Shown here piece after piece: positions 1 through 9,716 of a stretch of 64,000 nt of DNA. The first letter of the stretch is position 1. Every line of letters starts with the position of its first letter. The notes under the pieces are model-generated. The model was given only the letters and a program-made list of their open reading frames with translations, had not been told where the DNA came from and ran no database searches. Both the position numbers and the translations under genes were made by a program. Origin of the DNA: a virus; the IMG/VR virus record IMGVR_UViG_3300045988_104147, positions 7,757-71,756 of that record, one strand, 5' to 3'.

Positions 1-335
1 CGGCATACGAGGCTTTGCCGGAGTATATGGATAAGATGTATTTAGCAAGTGCTATTTCAAATGATATTGGGAAAGCTATTAATGTCTTATCGTTTTTAGG
101 ATCGTATATAAGCGAGTTAATGGGTTCGATAATAATCGAAAGGCAAAAGGTGGAATCATGTGCCTATGATTTAATAAATAAATCGCATGAGGAGGATGAC
201 TTGAAAGCAAGAGAGATTGCCGTGCGATTAATAGGAGAGAGGGAAACAGTGGCATACACAGTAAAAGAAGGGCTGCCATTGTGGGAACAAGATAAAAAGT
301 TTATAATAGAATTAATGAAGGAGGAAAGAAAATGA
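1..335 (+). CDS. hypothetical protein (5' possibly truncated by window edge; frame open to position 3)
   Basis: ORF track 15..335 with TTG start; same frame open upstream to window start. Confidence 0.35.
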   Translation, partial: AYEALPEYMDKMYLASAISNDIGKAINVLSFLGSYISELMGSIIIERQKVESCAYDLINKSHEEDDLKAREIAVRLIGERETVAYTVKEGLPLWEQDKKFIIELMKEERK

Positions 336-673
336 AAGATGGTATTACATTACATCCAGAACACGGATTGAATCCGTCTATAGAAGTCTGCATGATATGT
401 GGCGAAGAGATGGGGATTGCTTTATTAGGAAATAATATCAAAGGGCAGGCGCCGCATCATATATGCACGGGCGAAGTATGTGACAATTGCAAAAAGATAA
501 TAGACGAAGGAGGCTGTTTTATTATCGAGGTCGAGGATGGATCAGATCGAAAGAATCCGTATCGTACAGGGAGATATTGTGCGATAAAAAAAGAGGCAGC
601 AAAGAAAATACTTGGACATGAACATAGTGTTGTGTACATGGAAAAGTCTGCATACAATCTAATAATATTATAA
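332..673 (+). CDS. zinc-ribbon protein (two CxxC pairs: CMICGEE...CDNCKK)
   Basis: ORF track; SD aaggagg upstream; ATGA overlap with upstream gene. Confidence 0.5.
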   Translation: MKDGITLHPEHGLNPSIEVCMICGEEMGIALLGNNIKGQAPHHICTGEVCDNCKKIIDEGGCFIIEVEDGSDRKNPYRTGRYCAIKKEAAKKILGHEHSVVYMEKSAYNLIIL

Positions 674-687
674 AAATAAAGAAGGGT

Positions 688-999
688 ATGTTTACAAAAG
701 AAGAGCGATTATTCATATGGAAAAAGGTATATGAGATAATTGATAGGTTAGAGGATGGGGAATACATATGTGTTGCATTGAGAAATGTAGTATTAATGTT
801 TTTCAAAACACATAATTTTTATGAGTTGAGTTCAAATAAACTGGTGAGGATATATTTCCCGGAATTGGAAGAGAAGATAAGTATGGCCACAGAACCAGAG
901 GAAACAAGAACGTTTTATGGGTGGTTTGGTTGTATTAGTCCAGAAACGAAGGAGGTGCGGCTGAATATTGTGAAAGATATTATAAAAGAGTTAGAATAG
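688..999 (+). CDS. hypothetical protein
   Basis: ORF track; co-oriented packed array. Confidence 0.45.
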   Translation: MFTKEERLFIWKKVYEIIDRLEDGEYICVALRNVVLMFFKTHNFYELSSNKLVRIYFPELEEKISMATEPEETRTFYGWFGCISPETKEVRLNIVKDIIKELE

Positions 1000-1173
1000 T
1001 ATTTTTGTTAATCTATTTTATTCATCAAATTAAGTTTTGGGTTTTGGCATGTCGGTTCGTGAGGATAGGCATGTCTATTTCTGTATCATAGAGGGGATGA
1101 CGCGGCGTGCCGGTATGTATGTGTCGGTCCTGGTTCGATTCTGGGTATCTCACAAACAATAAAGCATAATCAT

Positions 1174-1422
1174 ATGGAAGTAATAACATTTGGTCCAGAC
1201 ATGGATTTGTCTTCTAAAGAAGTAGGAGACGTATTTAGATTAAAATTGCATGGCATAGAGTGTGACGTCAAAGTAGTTGGTGACGACGAAGACCCTCCTA
1301 TGTTCTGCAAAGATTGTATATTTTTTAACGACTCTGAACGGTGTTCACTCTCAGAATCGCAAGACTGGTGCCTAAAAAAGCAAGTTGTTTACTGTAAAAT
1401 AAGACATGATGGGGAAATTTAA
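1174..1422 (+). CDS. hypothetical Cys-rich small protein
   Basis: ORF track; CxxC...C motifs. Confidence 0.4.
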   Translation: MEVITFGPDMDLSSKEVGDVFRLKLHGIECDVKVVGDDEDPPMFCKDCIFFNDSERCSLSESQDWCLKKQVVYCKIRHDGEI

Positions 1423-1597
1423 TACGAAAGACGCCAATTTCTTGTGGTGTCAAATTGGTAGGATTGATGGGGTGATAGAAACTCTGAACCGCACCGGAGG
1501 AGAGATGCCGGAGATTATAGCCGGAGTGCTAAAAAGAATAAGAGATGATATAGATAAGTTTGTAGACAATAAAACGAAAGATTATGAGAATATATAG
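1406..1597 (+). CDS. hypothetical protein
   Basis: ORF track; overlaps neighbours. Confidence 0.3.
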   Translation: MMGKFNTKDANFLWCQIGRIDGVIETLNRTGGEMPEIIAGVLKRIRDDIDKFVDNKTKDYENI

Positions 1598-1817
1598 GAA
1601 TGATATTATAAAGGCGTCAGCGATAAGCACAGGCAACGACAGAGGTTTGTTGTTGTGTTCAATAACAGATTCAGGCTTTACGTCTATAGCGAGCGTGATA
1701 TCGGCCGTTAAAGACAAGTTACCAAACAAAGATCACAAGAAGATGGTTTTTGAAATTTTGAATGATACGAAAAAAGAGTACGGAAGATATAATAATTGCG
1801 GAACAAAAGTATTGTAA
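1584..1817 (+). CDS. hypothetical protein
   Basis: ORF track. Confidence 0.3.
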   Translation: MRIYRNDIIKASAISTGNDRGLLLCSITDSGFTSIASVISAVKDKLPNKDHKKMVFEILNDTKKEYGRYNNCGTKVL

Positions 1818-1937
1818 TAAAGAGCAGAAAACAATATGTTTATGTAATGTTAGTTTTTTCATTTTTATTGAAAGGAGCGCCGGCCTGTGAAGGTATGTGC
1901 TCCTTTGTATTTGTATAATACATAAAACAATAATAAT

Positions 1938-2192
1938 ATGACAGATAATAACATAGATGTGAATATCGTACCTGTAAGGAATGGTGCGAAACGTGTTGTG
2001 GTATCATATTACCATTATTCACGCAAGGACAAAAATCACATGAGTTCCCAAACGGATTACGTGTGGGAAACAAAGAATGAAGAAATGTTTAAATACTTTG
2101 AGGCCAGGAGGACAAAAGTATTTTATAGTCAGATTCGTGCCATGTGTAGATTCTATGGTAAGAAAAATGTACGTAAATACAAAAAGCTATGA
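1938..2192 (+). CDS. hypothetical protein
   Basis: ORF track. Confidence 0.4.
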   Translation: MTDNNIDVNIVPVRNGAKRVVVSYYHYSRKDKNHMSSQTDYVWETKNEEMFKYFEARRTKVFYSQIRAMCRFYGKKNVRKYKKL

Positions 2193-2998
2193 TATTAAAA
2201 ACGACAACCAACGAATTTTGTTTCATTAACGTAAGTTTCTATGAAACAGTAGCAGACCCGCGTCATTTCTTTTCACAGGAATATGATGAGATGCCGGAAT
2301 ATGAAGAAGAATCAGATTTTGATTTTGATTCTTATTGTAATGCATTCATACCTTATGTACAAGAATGGGCAGACGAGGTTAAAGAACGTCTTTATGAATA
2401 TGGCGTAAAAGATATAAAGGTAACATCAGTCGGACGGCCAAGAGAGTATAACTATGGTACTGATTGGATGGAGGTAGAGGTGGAGTTCTGTGATGGGTGG
2501 CGACATATGATGTTATCCAACATTGGTAAGATAATCGATGATGATAGATGTAGAAAATATGCTGAGGTAAATTATAAATCAATTCAGGGCTACATATTTT
2601 TCGGGCCCGAAAATCTAAAGGAGTTTGAGAAAGAAATAATAGAAAAGAATCCAAATTCAGGATATGATCCGGCAGTGCTATTAAATATGTATCTAACTTT
2701 GGCTTTTGTGAAAGAATTTGGATTCGTAGCTGAAGATGCGTGGTACGATGTAGTAACGGAAGCCTTCCATTATCTACAATATCATAATTTCGCAACAACA
2801 GAAATGTTTATACCGGAAGGTTCGGAGTATTTATTCAATGATGTGCATACAGCAGAAGCCGACGAATTATATCATCATGTTTTGGATAAATACGGATGGG
2901 CGTGGCGTGATCCGAAATATAAGTCAAAAACAGAATTATGCGCAATGTTAAAGTGGGCAAAAGAAAAAGGCTTGACCATTGAAGAGTTAAGTATTTAA
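2189..2998 (+). CDS. hypothetical acidic protein (269 aa)
   Basis: ORF track; ATGA-coupled to upstream ORF. Confidence 0.5.
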   Translation: MILKTTTNEFCFINVSFYETVADPRHFFSQEYDEMPEYEEESDFDFDSYCNAFIPYVQEWADEVKERLYEYGVKDIKVTSVGRPREYNYGTDWMEVEVEFCDGWRHMMLSNIGKIIDDDRCRKYAEVNYKSIQGYIFFGPENLKEFEKEIIEKNPNSGYDPAVLLNMYLTLAFVKEFGFVAEDAWYDVVTEAFHYLQYHNFATTEMFIPEGSEYLFNDVHTAEADELYHHVLDKYGWAWRDPKYKSKTELCAMLKWAKEKGLTIEELSI

Positions 2999-3310
2999 TT
3001 GTTAAACATAAGGCAGTATTGGTGCGTGAGTATAGGTGCTGCCGTTAAATTATTTTATAATATGAAAAAAGAAGAGATTCAAACTATTTTATACACAATC
3101 AAAGAAGGAGACAGTATTAAGATCAAAGTACAAGACAAAAGTGAAGAAATAAGACTGCGGGATCATGTAAGAAGAACGCAGAAATACGGATACAGGTTTT
3201 GTTTGTCTCATTTACATGATGGAATTTTCTATCTGGAGAAGTTGGAAGAGGGAGATAAAGATAAATACTATAGAGTAATAAACAGAGGAAATGGAAAGAC
3301 CGGAGTATAA
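2999..3310 (+). CDS. hypothetical protein
   Basis: ORF track. Confidence 0.4.
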   Translation: MLNIRQYWCVSIGAAVKLFYNMKKEEIQTILYTIKEGDSIKIKVQDKSEEIRLRDHVRRTQKYGYRFCLSHLHDGIFYLEKLEEGDKDKYYRVINRGNGKTGV

Positions 3311-3584
3311 TAAGCTACGTAAAATGGCTAAGACTACTCCAGGTCTGATAGTGGACGAGGCGCAAAACATGATGCGTGTATCGCTATACGATAATGGGGA
3401 ACTTAAGAAGGTGGTAGTAGTAATGAAATGTGATTCTTTTTTACAGTCAAAAAGTAACATAGAAAAGATAATGTTATTATCATCTTCTATAGAAGATAGA
3501 AAAAACAAAGAAAAAAATAAAACAAAATCAGAAAATGAACAGAATAACAAAAATAAGAGAAGAAATAGGAGGAAAACAGGTTGA
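3291..3584 (+). CDS. hypothetical protein (Lys/Asn-rich C-terminus)
   Basis: ORF track. Confidence 0.3.
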   Translation: MERPEYNKLRKMAKTTPGLIVDEAQNMMRVSLYDNGELKKVVVVMKCDSFLQSKSNIEKIMLLSSSIEDRKNKEKNKTKSENEQNNKNKRRNRRKTG

Positions 3585-3918
3585 TTTGACCTTTTACGGA
3601 CGCTTTTGTAGCCTTATCGAAGGTGATAGAAAAATAATACTAAGGGCGATAAAAAACGGTCGTAAGAAGGGCGTAATCGGAGCCATTCAGCCTGGGAGAC
3701 ATGATAGAATTTGGACCACATGGTCTATTGCTTTTGATGATCTGAAGGTAGGGGATACGGTAGAGTTCAGTACATCTGGAAAATACAATCCAGGATTTCA
3801 TGCTACGGAAAAGTATGTAGGGTGTGTAGAATGGATAAAAGGATCGGAATGTGCGATAAAAACCGGTAAGGGGATGGCTGTAGTATTAATTAAACACATA
3901 GAAAGGGTAGTAAAATAA
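3535..3918 (+). CDS. hypothetical protein
   Basis: ORF track. Confidence 0.4.
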   Translation: MNRITKIREEIGGKQVDLTFYGRFCSLIEGDRKIILRAIKNGRKKGVIGAIQPGRHDRIWTTWSIAFDDLKVGDTVEFSTSGKYNPGFHATEKYVGCVEWIKGSECAIKTGKGMAVVLIKHIERVVK

Positions 3919-4199
3919 TGGATTTAAGGATGTTTATAGGCCTATTTCAGGAGATTGAGGTAGAGAACTTGTTTAAAGCGTTAGATTTATGTATGGAATA
4001 TGTAAGATTAGATTTACATGTGTTTAATGTAGGAGCTCATGTAACGTGTTCATACAGTAATGATCTTGAATCTCTTTCACAGACAGAAGGTTGTAATGTG
4101 AATATGATAATAGAGGTACCACACTTATTCGAAGCATTTATGGAATACGCTTCACCGGAAATGAAGTTGTATTATGAAAAACTAACAGAGACAGTATAA
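3918..4199 (+). CDS. hypothetical protein
   Basis: ORF track. Confidence 0.4.
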   Translation: MDLRMFIGLFQEIEVENLFKALDLCMEYVRLDLHVFNVGAHVTCSYSNDLESLSQTEGCNVNMIIEVPHLFEAFMEYASPEMKLYYEKLTETV

Positions 4200-4200
4200 T

Positions 4201-4674
4201 ATGAAAGAGGAAGTAGAACGGATAAAGAAGTTGGTAGGCATAGATCATAACAGATGGGAGCAACCTTGTGCATGTGATAAATGCAAGAACATGTGTGAAG
4301 TTCCTTGTATTGGTACACCAAAAGACATAGAAGCTATCATAGATGCCGGATACGCTGACAGGTTAAAAGAAACAATGTGGATGACTGGATTTAGGCTTGC
4401 GAGAGAAAAACCGATAGCGATGATCCAGCCAGCAGAAGAGAGTGGGTGGTGCGTGTTCCGCCGGCCAGACGGTCTCTGCGAGCTGCATGACCGTGGACTA
4501 AAGCCGACCGAAGGAGTTCTGGCTTCTTGTAAGGTGGTTGAAGAAGACAATATTCCAACATATGAGACATCTGTACTTAGAGCAGTAGCTCACGAATGGG
4601 TTAAGGTGGAGAACTTTGGAGATGTAATGAAGGTCGTTTTTAAATTTTTGCATGAAAATGAACGTGGAAAATAA
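4201..4674 (+). CDS. Cys-cluster protein (CACDKCKNMCEVPC; CxxCxxCC/YkgJ-like metal-binding motif)
   Basis: ORF track plus motif read by eye. Confidence 0.4.
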   Translation: MKEEVERIKKLVGIDHNRWEQPCACDKCKNMCEVPCIGTPKDIEAIIDAGYADRLKETMWMTGFRLAREKPIAMIQPAEESGWCVFRRPDGLCELHDRGLKPTEGVLASCKVVEEDNIPTYETSVLRAVAHEWVKVENFGDVMKVVFKFLHENERGK

Positions 4675-5062
4675 ATTAGATAAAGTGGTTAAGATCCTAA
4701 AAGAAAAAGGATTTGTAGTATATAGAAAGGGTGGGAAGGAGCCAGGTGTGTTTTATGCCAAAGAAGGTGACAGCCGGATAGGATTCGTTTATCCAAACAA
4801 CGGATATATATACGACAGGATAAAAATGTGGTCTTTTTCAAGGGTATATAAACCGCATAAGAAAACAGGGTCTTCGTGTTTAATGTGTGTCAGTGACAAA
4901 TTTACTATAGAGAATGCGATTAAGAGCATAGAGGATAGACTGTGGGTAAATTATATAAAAGACAGTAACAGAAAACGACCAGAAGAATATAAAAATATAA
5001 GAGAATTTGTTGGTAGCTTCACTAAATTCTACAACTCTGTAGAATTAGTTGAGGTTAAGTAG
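4652..5062 (+). CDS. hypothetical protein
   Basis: ORF track; followed by an intrinsic terminator. Confidence 0.45.
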   Translation: MKMNVENKLDKVVKILKEKGFVVYRKGGKEPGVFYAKEGDSRIGFVYPNNGYIYDRIKMWSFSRVYKPHKKTGSSCLMCVSDKFTIENAIKSIEDRLWVNYIKDSNRKRPEEYKNIREFVGSFTKFYNSVELVEVK

Positions 5063-5081
5063 TTTTCCATGTAAGTTAGTT

Positions 5082-5120
5082 GCCGGCACTGGTCTGCGAA
5101 GATAGGTGCCGTTTTTTTTT
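5082..5120 (+). terminator. rho-independent terminator (cggcac/gtgccg stem followed by T9)
   Basis: hairpin plus 9-T run directly after the stop of the 4652..5062 gene. Confidence 0.5.
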
Positions 5121-5141
5121 ATTCAAGAAAGGAGGACAAAG

Positions 5142-5393
5142 ATGGAAAAAAGAGACAAGGAGATGCCTTACGAGGTAGTCATACAAGAAAGAAAAAGAGT
5201 GGATTTATATGGTAACGTAGTATATTATATCTATTGGTTTGATAAATATGGGTATGATATCACAAACGAATGGAAATTCTGGAGCAAGGGTTCGAAAAAG
5301 AAATATGATAGAGTCAATCGTTATCTAACGGATAGTTGGCTGAAGGAATACTGTAATAATAACAATTTAAAGATAAGTAGAATCAAAGAATGA
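5142..5393 (+). CDS. hypothetical protein (start moved to MEKRDKE, which has SD aaggagga)
   Basis: ORF track 5106..5393; upstream part of that ORF overlaps the terminator T-run. Confidence 0.4.
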   Translation: MEKRDKEMPYEVVIQERKRVDLYGNVVYYIYWFDKYGYDITNEWKFWSKGSKKKYDRVNRYLTDSWLKEYCNNNNLKISRIKE

Positions 5394-5905
5394 AAACGAT
5401 AAAAGTAGACAAAGTGATATTATATTACATGGATCGGGTAGACCTTGACGGGAACCTATACCGGTTCTATGTATATAAAGACATGGCATCTGAAATAGAA
5501 TACTTTTGCACGGAAGAGGCGGGTAATATGACCATACCAATTGGAGAAGGAAAGTGTATTGAAATCGTGCCAAAAGAAATAGAGAAAATACCGGTAAGGG
5601 GATATAGGAAGCTTGCTGGAATATGGAACCGTGAAACATGTAACGGAAAGGGATGGTATAGGCTTTTTAATTATTTCAAATACAAGCCGACCCTATGTTA
5701 TTTTAAAAAAGCGGGACATGATGAAAATGGGAACACAAGATACGAAATATCATTATTTAATAACATTATAAATGTGACAAGGTATTTCAATCTGTGGAGA
5801 ATGAAGCCAGGAAAGTATGTTATGGTAACAAACGAGTGTGGTGCCTTGGATGTTATAAAAGAAAAATTTGACAACATAAATATAGTGGAATATGGATCTA
5901 AATAA
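5390..5905 (+). CDS. hypothetical protein
   Basis: ORF track; ATGA coupling. Confidence 0.45.
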   Translation: MKTIKVDKVILYYMDRVDLDGNLYRFYVYKDMASEIEYFCTEEAGNMTIPIGEGKCIEIVPKEIEKIPVRGYRKLAGIWNRETCNGKGWYRLFNYFKYKPTLCYFKKAGHDENGNTRYEISLFNNIINVTRYFNLWRMKPGKYVMVTNECGALDVIKEKFDNINIVEYGSK

Positions 5906-6260
5906 ATTGTATAAAGAAATAGAAGAAGCAGAGGCCAGTCTGAATGCAAAAAGATTAGAGTACATCAGAGAAGCATTAGCAGAAAACAATGGAATTATAA
6001 AGCTAAAATTTAAAGGGTTTAAAGAATTTAAAGAAACTAATGATGCGTTTGACTTTGATGATCAGTTTCCGGTGATAATAGAAATTGATGAAAATCCTAT
6101 GTATTTAACGGAAGTATATGTCAAAAAAAACGATTTTCGTGTAGTCCTGCTGGATTATACTGATATGACTTTTTATGATTATAATAATCCAGGGGAAAAT
6201 GAACAGGTTGCTTATTTTATTAACTATTGTTTAAATCAAGACAAAGATGGGGAAGAGTAG
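5892..6260 (+). CDS. hypothetical protein
   Basis: ORF track. Confidence 0.45.
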   Translation: MDLNKLYKEIEEAEASLNAKRLEYIREALAENNGIIKLKFKGFKEFKETNDAFDFDDQFPVIIEIDENPMYLTEVYVKKNDFRVVLLDYTDMTFYDYNNPGENEQVAYFINYCLNQDKDGEE

Positions 6261-6435
6261 GAAAGATTATGAGAAGTATCTTAACTCCATATCTCCAGAT
6301 AGAGACGATGAGGCATGGATCATTGGAGGAAAGAACAGGTATTGCGGTAGAGAGAATTATGGCACTATGATCAAAAGGTATGATCCTATTGGTTTTAATG
6401 TAGGGTACAGAGAGTGGGCAGAACAGCCAGATTGA
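6247..6435 (+). CDS. hypothetical protein
   Basis: ORF track. Confidence 0.35.
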   Translation: MGKSRKDYEKYLNSISPDRDDEAWIIGGKNRYCGRENYGTMIKRYDPIGFNVGYREWAEQPD

Positions 6436-6579
6436 CATACTCCCATAGTTAAGGCAAATGGGATTCTTGGATACAAACGCAAGAAACCCCGATATTACTA
6501 TCGTTTATAATAATAACTTTTTGGCATATATCAGAATCAATTATTTAAAAATACATATATGAATAAAAGAATCATTGAT

Positions 6580-6607
6580 CCCCTGCTTTTAAGCAGGGGC
6601 TTTGTTA
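6580..6607 (+). terminator. hairpin terminator (cccctgc ttttaa gcagggg followed by T-rich run)
   Basis: 7-bp perfect stem in the 205-bp intergenic gap 6436..6640. Confidence 0.4.
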
Positions 6608-6640
6608 AAGATCGTAAAAAGAAGATTAAAATAATAGCTT

Positions 6641-6955
6641 ATGACATTTCGAGAATTTATGCAGGAGAACGGCTATGACCTAATGACTACCTTTTGGGAA
6701 GATTTCAGCATAGCCGACAAGTATGGTGTAGCAGGTGTCAAAGATACCTACAAACGTGCATTCAGTGAATGGAAAGATGATTATAAGTTTTTCACGGAAT
6801 TAACGCTCGTATTGAATCATAAAATCTGGCAACATTATGAAAGCAATCGTGAACTGGCTGCACTGTATGACCGGTTGTGGAGGGAGGCCGACGAGTACGC
6901 TATGAGCAACTTTAAGGGAGAAGAGCTTGATTATTATTACAGAGTAACAGATTAG
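6641..6955 (+). CDS. hypothetical protein
   Basis: ORF track. Confidence 0.45.
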   Translation: MTFREFMQENGYDLMTTFWEDFSIADKYGVAGVKDTYKRAFSEWKDDYKFFTELTLVLNHKIWQHYESNRELAALYDRLWREADEYAMSNFKGEELDYYYRVTD

Positions 6956-6958
6956 AAA

Positions 6959-7411
6959 GTGATTATGAAAAATACGATAGTAACAGGTAGCCTAATTGTA
7001 TTCAGCGACGGATTTGTTTGGAAAAGATTGTCCAACGAAAAAGCCTATAAGATATGGGTGTCGGCAGAAAATGAAGATTTTGAGTTATACAAGGTGAGAG
7101 TAGATGACGAGTCCGAGTCATTGATAGAAAGTTTGGAAGATTTACAGGATGCCTTTAAACAAGGTCATTATGTATGTATAGAAGTAGGTAAGCTGCCGCA
7201 TAGCATAGATTTGAATTATTTACGAAATCTGCAAGAGATGTCGGTGACAGCCGTGGATGATCTAATGGGACTAAAAGAATGTAACAGGGAAGAGGCATTT
7301 AACATCATTCAAGAGTGGAACAAAGAGTTTACAGAGAAATATGGGAATTTTGATGGCTCATACTATGATGTAATAGATGAATTTATCGAAGAAAAATTAA
7401 GAACTATTTAA
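6959..7411 (+). CDS. hypothetical protein
   Basis: ORF track. Confidence 0.45.
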   Translation: MIMKNTIVTGSLIVFSDGFVWKRLSNEKAYKIWVSAENEDFELYKVRVDDESESLIESLEDLQDAFKQGHYVCIEVGKLPHSIDLNYLRNLQEMSVTAVDDLMGLKECNREEAFNIIQEWNKEFTEKYGNFDGSYYDVIDEFIEEKLRTI

Positions 7412-7422
7412 AATATAAAGAC

Positions 7423-8232
7423 ATGGAAGACGATCTTATTACAACAAAAGAAGTAGGCGATTATCGCATTAAAATATATTATTGCCGTGATTCAGAATGC
7501 CCTATAACTAATTGGGGTTCGTTTGGGTCATTCTTTTTTGAATACTCTGATATGCATCGATTGCATGATGAATGCAATTGGAAAACTTTCTTCTACGATA
7601 ACAAGCATAATCTTAGAGATGTTATTGATGCTATTGTAATGAAGCATATAAAACAGAAAGACATTGTAAAATATTTAAAGAAAGGGGAAGCGAATGGGAT
7701 CTCATTCACATACAACAGAGGTAGCAATGTATGGGAGTTGAAGCATAAGACAAGTCCATATATAGGTCAAGAGTTTTTTCCAAGTGATTTGAAGGACTTT
7801 GATTACAGAGGAGAATTAATAGAGGATCTGGATGACGAAGATTTGTTAGATATCATATCCAAATATGGAAAAGATGTGGTGGCTATAGAGTGGTCAACAA
7901 GGGGTTATAGTCAAGGTGATTATATAAAAGGGATAGCATACGTTACAAAAGAAAAATATGATAACGAAGTATGCGATAAAGAAGGAGACTGGAAAGAAGA
8001 TTGTGCCAAAATTATAGATAATGAAGTAAAGTCCATAGGTATGTGGATGTGGGGAGATGTAAAAGGGTACGTTCTTGAAAAGAAGGTAGCATTTACCAAG
8101 AGATACGAAGACGAATCAAGAGAGGATGAAGATTGCGAAGAATGGGAAGAGGTTGATTCTTGCTGGGGATATTATATGGAAGCAGACGAATTGATAGAAG
8201 AAGTAATGAAAGAATATGACTTAGAAGAATAA
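7423..8232 (+). CDS. hypothetical acidic protein (269 aa)
   Basis: ORF track. Confidence 0.5.
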   Translation: MEDDLITTKEVGDYRIKIYYCRDSECPITNWGSFGSFFFEYSDMHRLHDECNWKTFFYDNKHNLRDVIDAIVMKHIKQKDIVKYLKKGEANGISFTYNRGSNVWELKHKTSPYIGQEFFPSDLKDFDYRGELIEDLDDEDLLDIISKYGKDVVAIEWSTRGYSQGDYIKGIAYVTKEKYDNEVCDKEGDWKEDCAKIIDNEVKSIGMWMWGDVKGYVLEKKVAFTKRYEDESREDEDCEEWEEVDSCWGYYMEADELIEEVMKEYDLEE

Positions 8233-8236
8233 GGGA

Positions 8237-8629
8237 ATGAATAAAATACAGGGGTGTATTATAAAAAAGAACACCAAAGAATTAAGAAAAAGCCTCATGT
8301 CATTAGGATATCATTGGATGGTGAGAGAAGAAGGAGCTAATTGTATAGTCACAAATCCAGAAATATTAAAATACATGGAATTGCAAGAAAAATCAACAAG
8401 AGCATGGAGGGATGAAGGATGGATAGATTGTGGAAATAATGATGATATGTTTCTGGCTATAGCAACATTAGTAAATGATACCGACTTAGGTCAATGGCTG
8501 ATAGTGACGGACGCCACAGGAGACAGGTGGGTAAAGTGCGAAGAGCTCCGGTTTAGGGGAGACGCGGCCTGCTCTGCGTGGCGTAAGGCTACAGTAGATG
8601 AAATTATTGAACATTTTAAAAACAGATAA
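8237..8629 (+). CDS. hypothetical protein
   Basis: ORF track. Confidence 0.45.
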   Translation: MNKIQGCIIKKNTKELRKSLMSLGYHWMVREEGANCIVTNPEILKYMELQEKSTRAWRDEGWIDCGNNDDMFLAIATLVNDTDLGQWLIVTDATGDRWVKCEELRFRGDAACSAWRKATVDEIIEHFKNR

Positions 8630-8631
8630 TT

Positions 8632-9045
8632 ATGGGATATATATGTACAAGATGTGGTGGAACAAATGTTGCCTGTGAAGCCATAGTAAATCCGAATACC
8701 GGAAAAATAATAGATTATTTTGATGGATCTTTCATGCATGCTATTTGCTCGAATTGTGAAAACGAGGTGATAATATCCAACATTGAAGAAGTCAAACATG
8801 AAATTGATTTAAGGTTTCATGAATTTGTAGAAAAAACAGGTAAGGAGCCTGAATACGTAGAATGTCAGATTGTATGGAAAAAGACAGGAGATGAACAAAG
8901 AAAGACAATAAAACTATCATTGGGCATTAACGATGATGACAATGATGATGTTTTTTATTATTGCAATGGGATAGAATCGTTTAAGCAACTTACTGAATAC
9001 GGAATGGGAGAATTTATCGTAACATTTTGTTGGAGTTTCTTTTAA
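8632..9045 (+). CDS. zinc-ribbon protein (CTRCGG...CSNCEN)
   Basis: ORF track plus CxxC pairs. Confidence 0.45.
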   Translation: MGYICTRCGGTNVACEAIVNPNTGKIIDYFDGSFMHAICSNCENEVIISNIEEVKHEIDLRFHEFVEKTGKEPEYVECQIVWKKTGDEQRKTIKLSLGINDDDNDDVFYYCNGIESFKQLTEYGMGEFIVTFCWSFF

Positions 9046-9082
9046 GAAACATATGTAGTTATCATTTTTAATAACATGTCTT

Positions 9083-9475
9083 ATGAAAACACAAGAAGAA
9101 TATGCACGTGAGATAGACAAGATTGTTATCCGAGATTTAGATACTTGTCGGAATGATTGGTTTGAAGTTGATAAAAAGATATTTATGCGACCAGAAAATG
9201 AAAATAAGGCATTTATTTTGGGAACCAGGAAGACCGGATGTGATTTAATAATACTGGGTGGCACTAATTGTGATGAAGGTGGTATGGATTGGCTTTTTGG
9301 AAGTCTTGGCAATGAAAATTTCTATATATGTCAGCCGTTATCTTTCTACAAATCACAGCGGGAAATCCAGAAAGTAAATCCGCTGTATGCTTTTAAAGTG
9401 GCCACTGCTTATTTTAGAGAACAAGGGATGATTCCGGTATTTGAAGATGCAAATTGTAAACTGATAAAGCTATGA
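9083..9475 (+). CDS. hypothetical protein
   Basis: ORF track. Confidence 0.45.
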   Translation: MKTQEEYAREIDKIVIRDLDTCRNDWFEVDKKIFMRPENENKAFILGTRKTGCDLIILGGTNCDEGGMDWLFGSLGNENFYICQPLSFYKSQREIQKVNPLYAFKVATAYFREQGMIPVFEDANCKLIKL

Positions 9476-9705
9476 TAGAGGTAATAAGATACAGACTGCC
9501 TTCTTATTGGGCTTGCCCGTTAATCAATGATGATTACACTGGATTAACGGATGAAGAATGTGAGGAAATCAAACGCTTCTTGGAAGCAGCAGAAGGTTAT
9601 CCGGTAGATGTAGACCTGGGAACACAGGGATTTTACCGCTGTAATGACGCAGGAACACTTCCTGGAGAGTGTGCAGATTTTATTTTTCATAAATGTAATG
9701 ATTAA
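9472..9705 (+). CDS. hypothetical protein
   Basis: ORF track; ATGA coupling. Confidence 0.4.
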   Translation: MIEVIRYRLPSYWACPLINDDYTGLTDEECEEIKRFLEAAEGYPVDVDLGTQGFYRCNDAGTLPGECADFIFHKCND

Positions 9706-9716
9706 ATTGAAATAAT

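Noticed and set aside
1059-1155. Bona fide tRNA gene
   Set aside because: The T-loop-like GGTTCGATTC is present but I could not build matching acceptor, D and anticodon stems. It is kept only as a low-confidence structured element.
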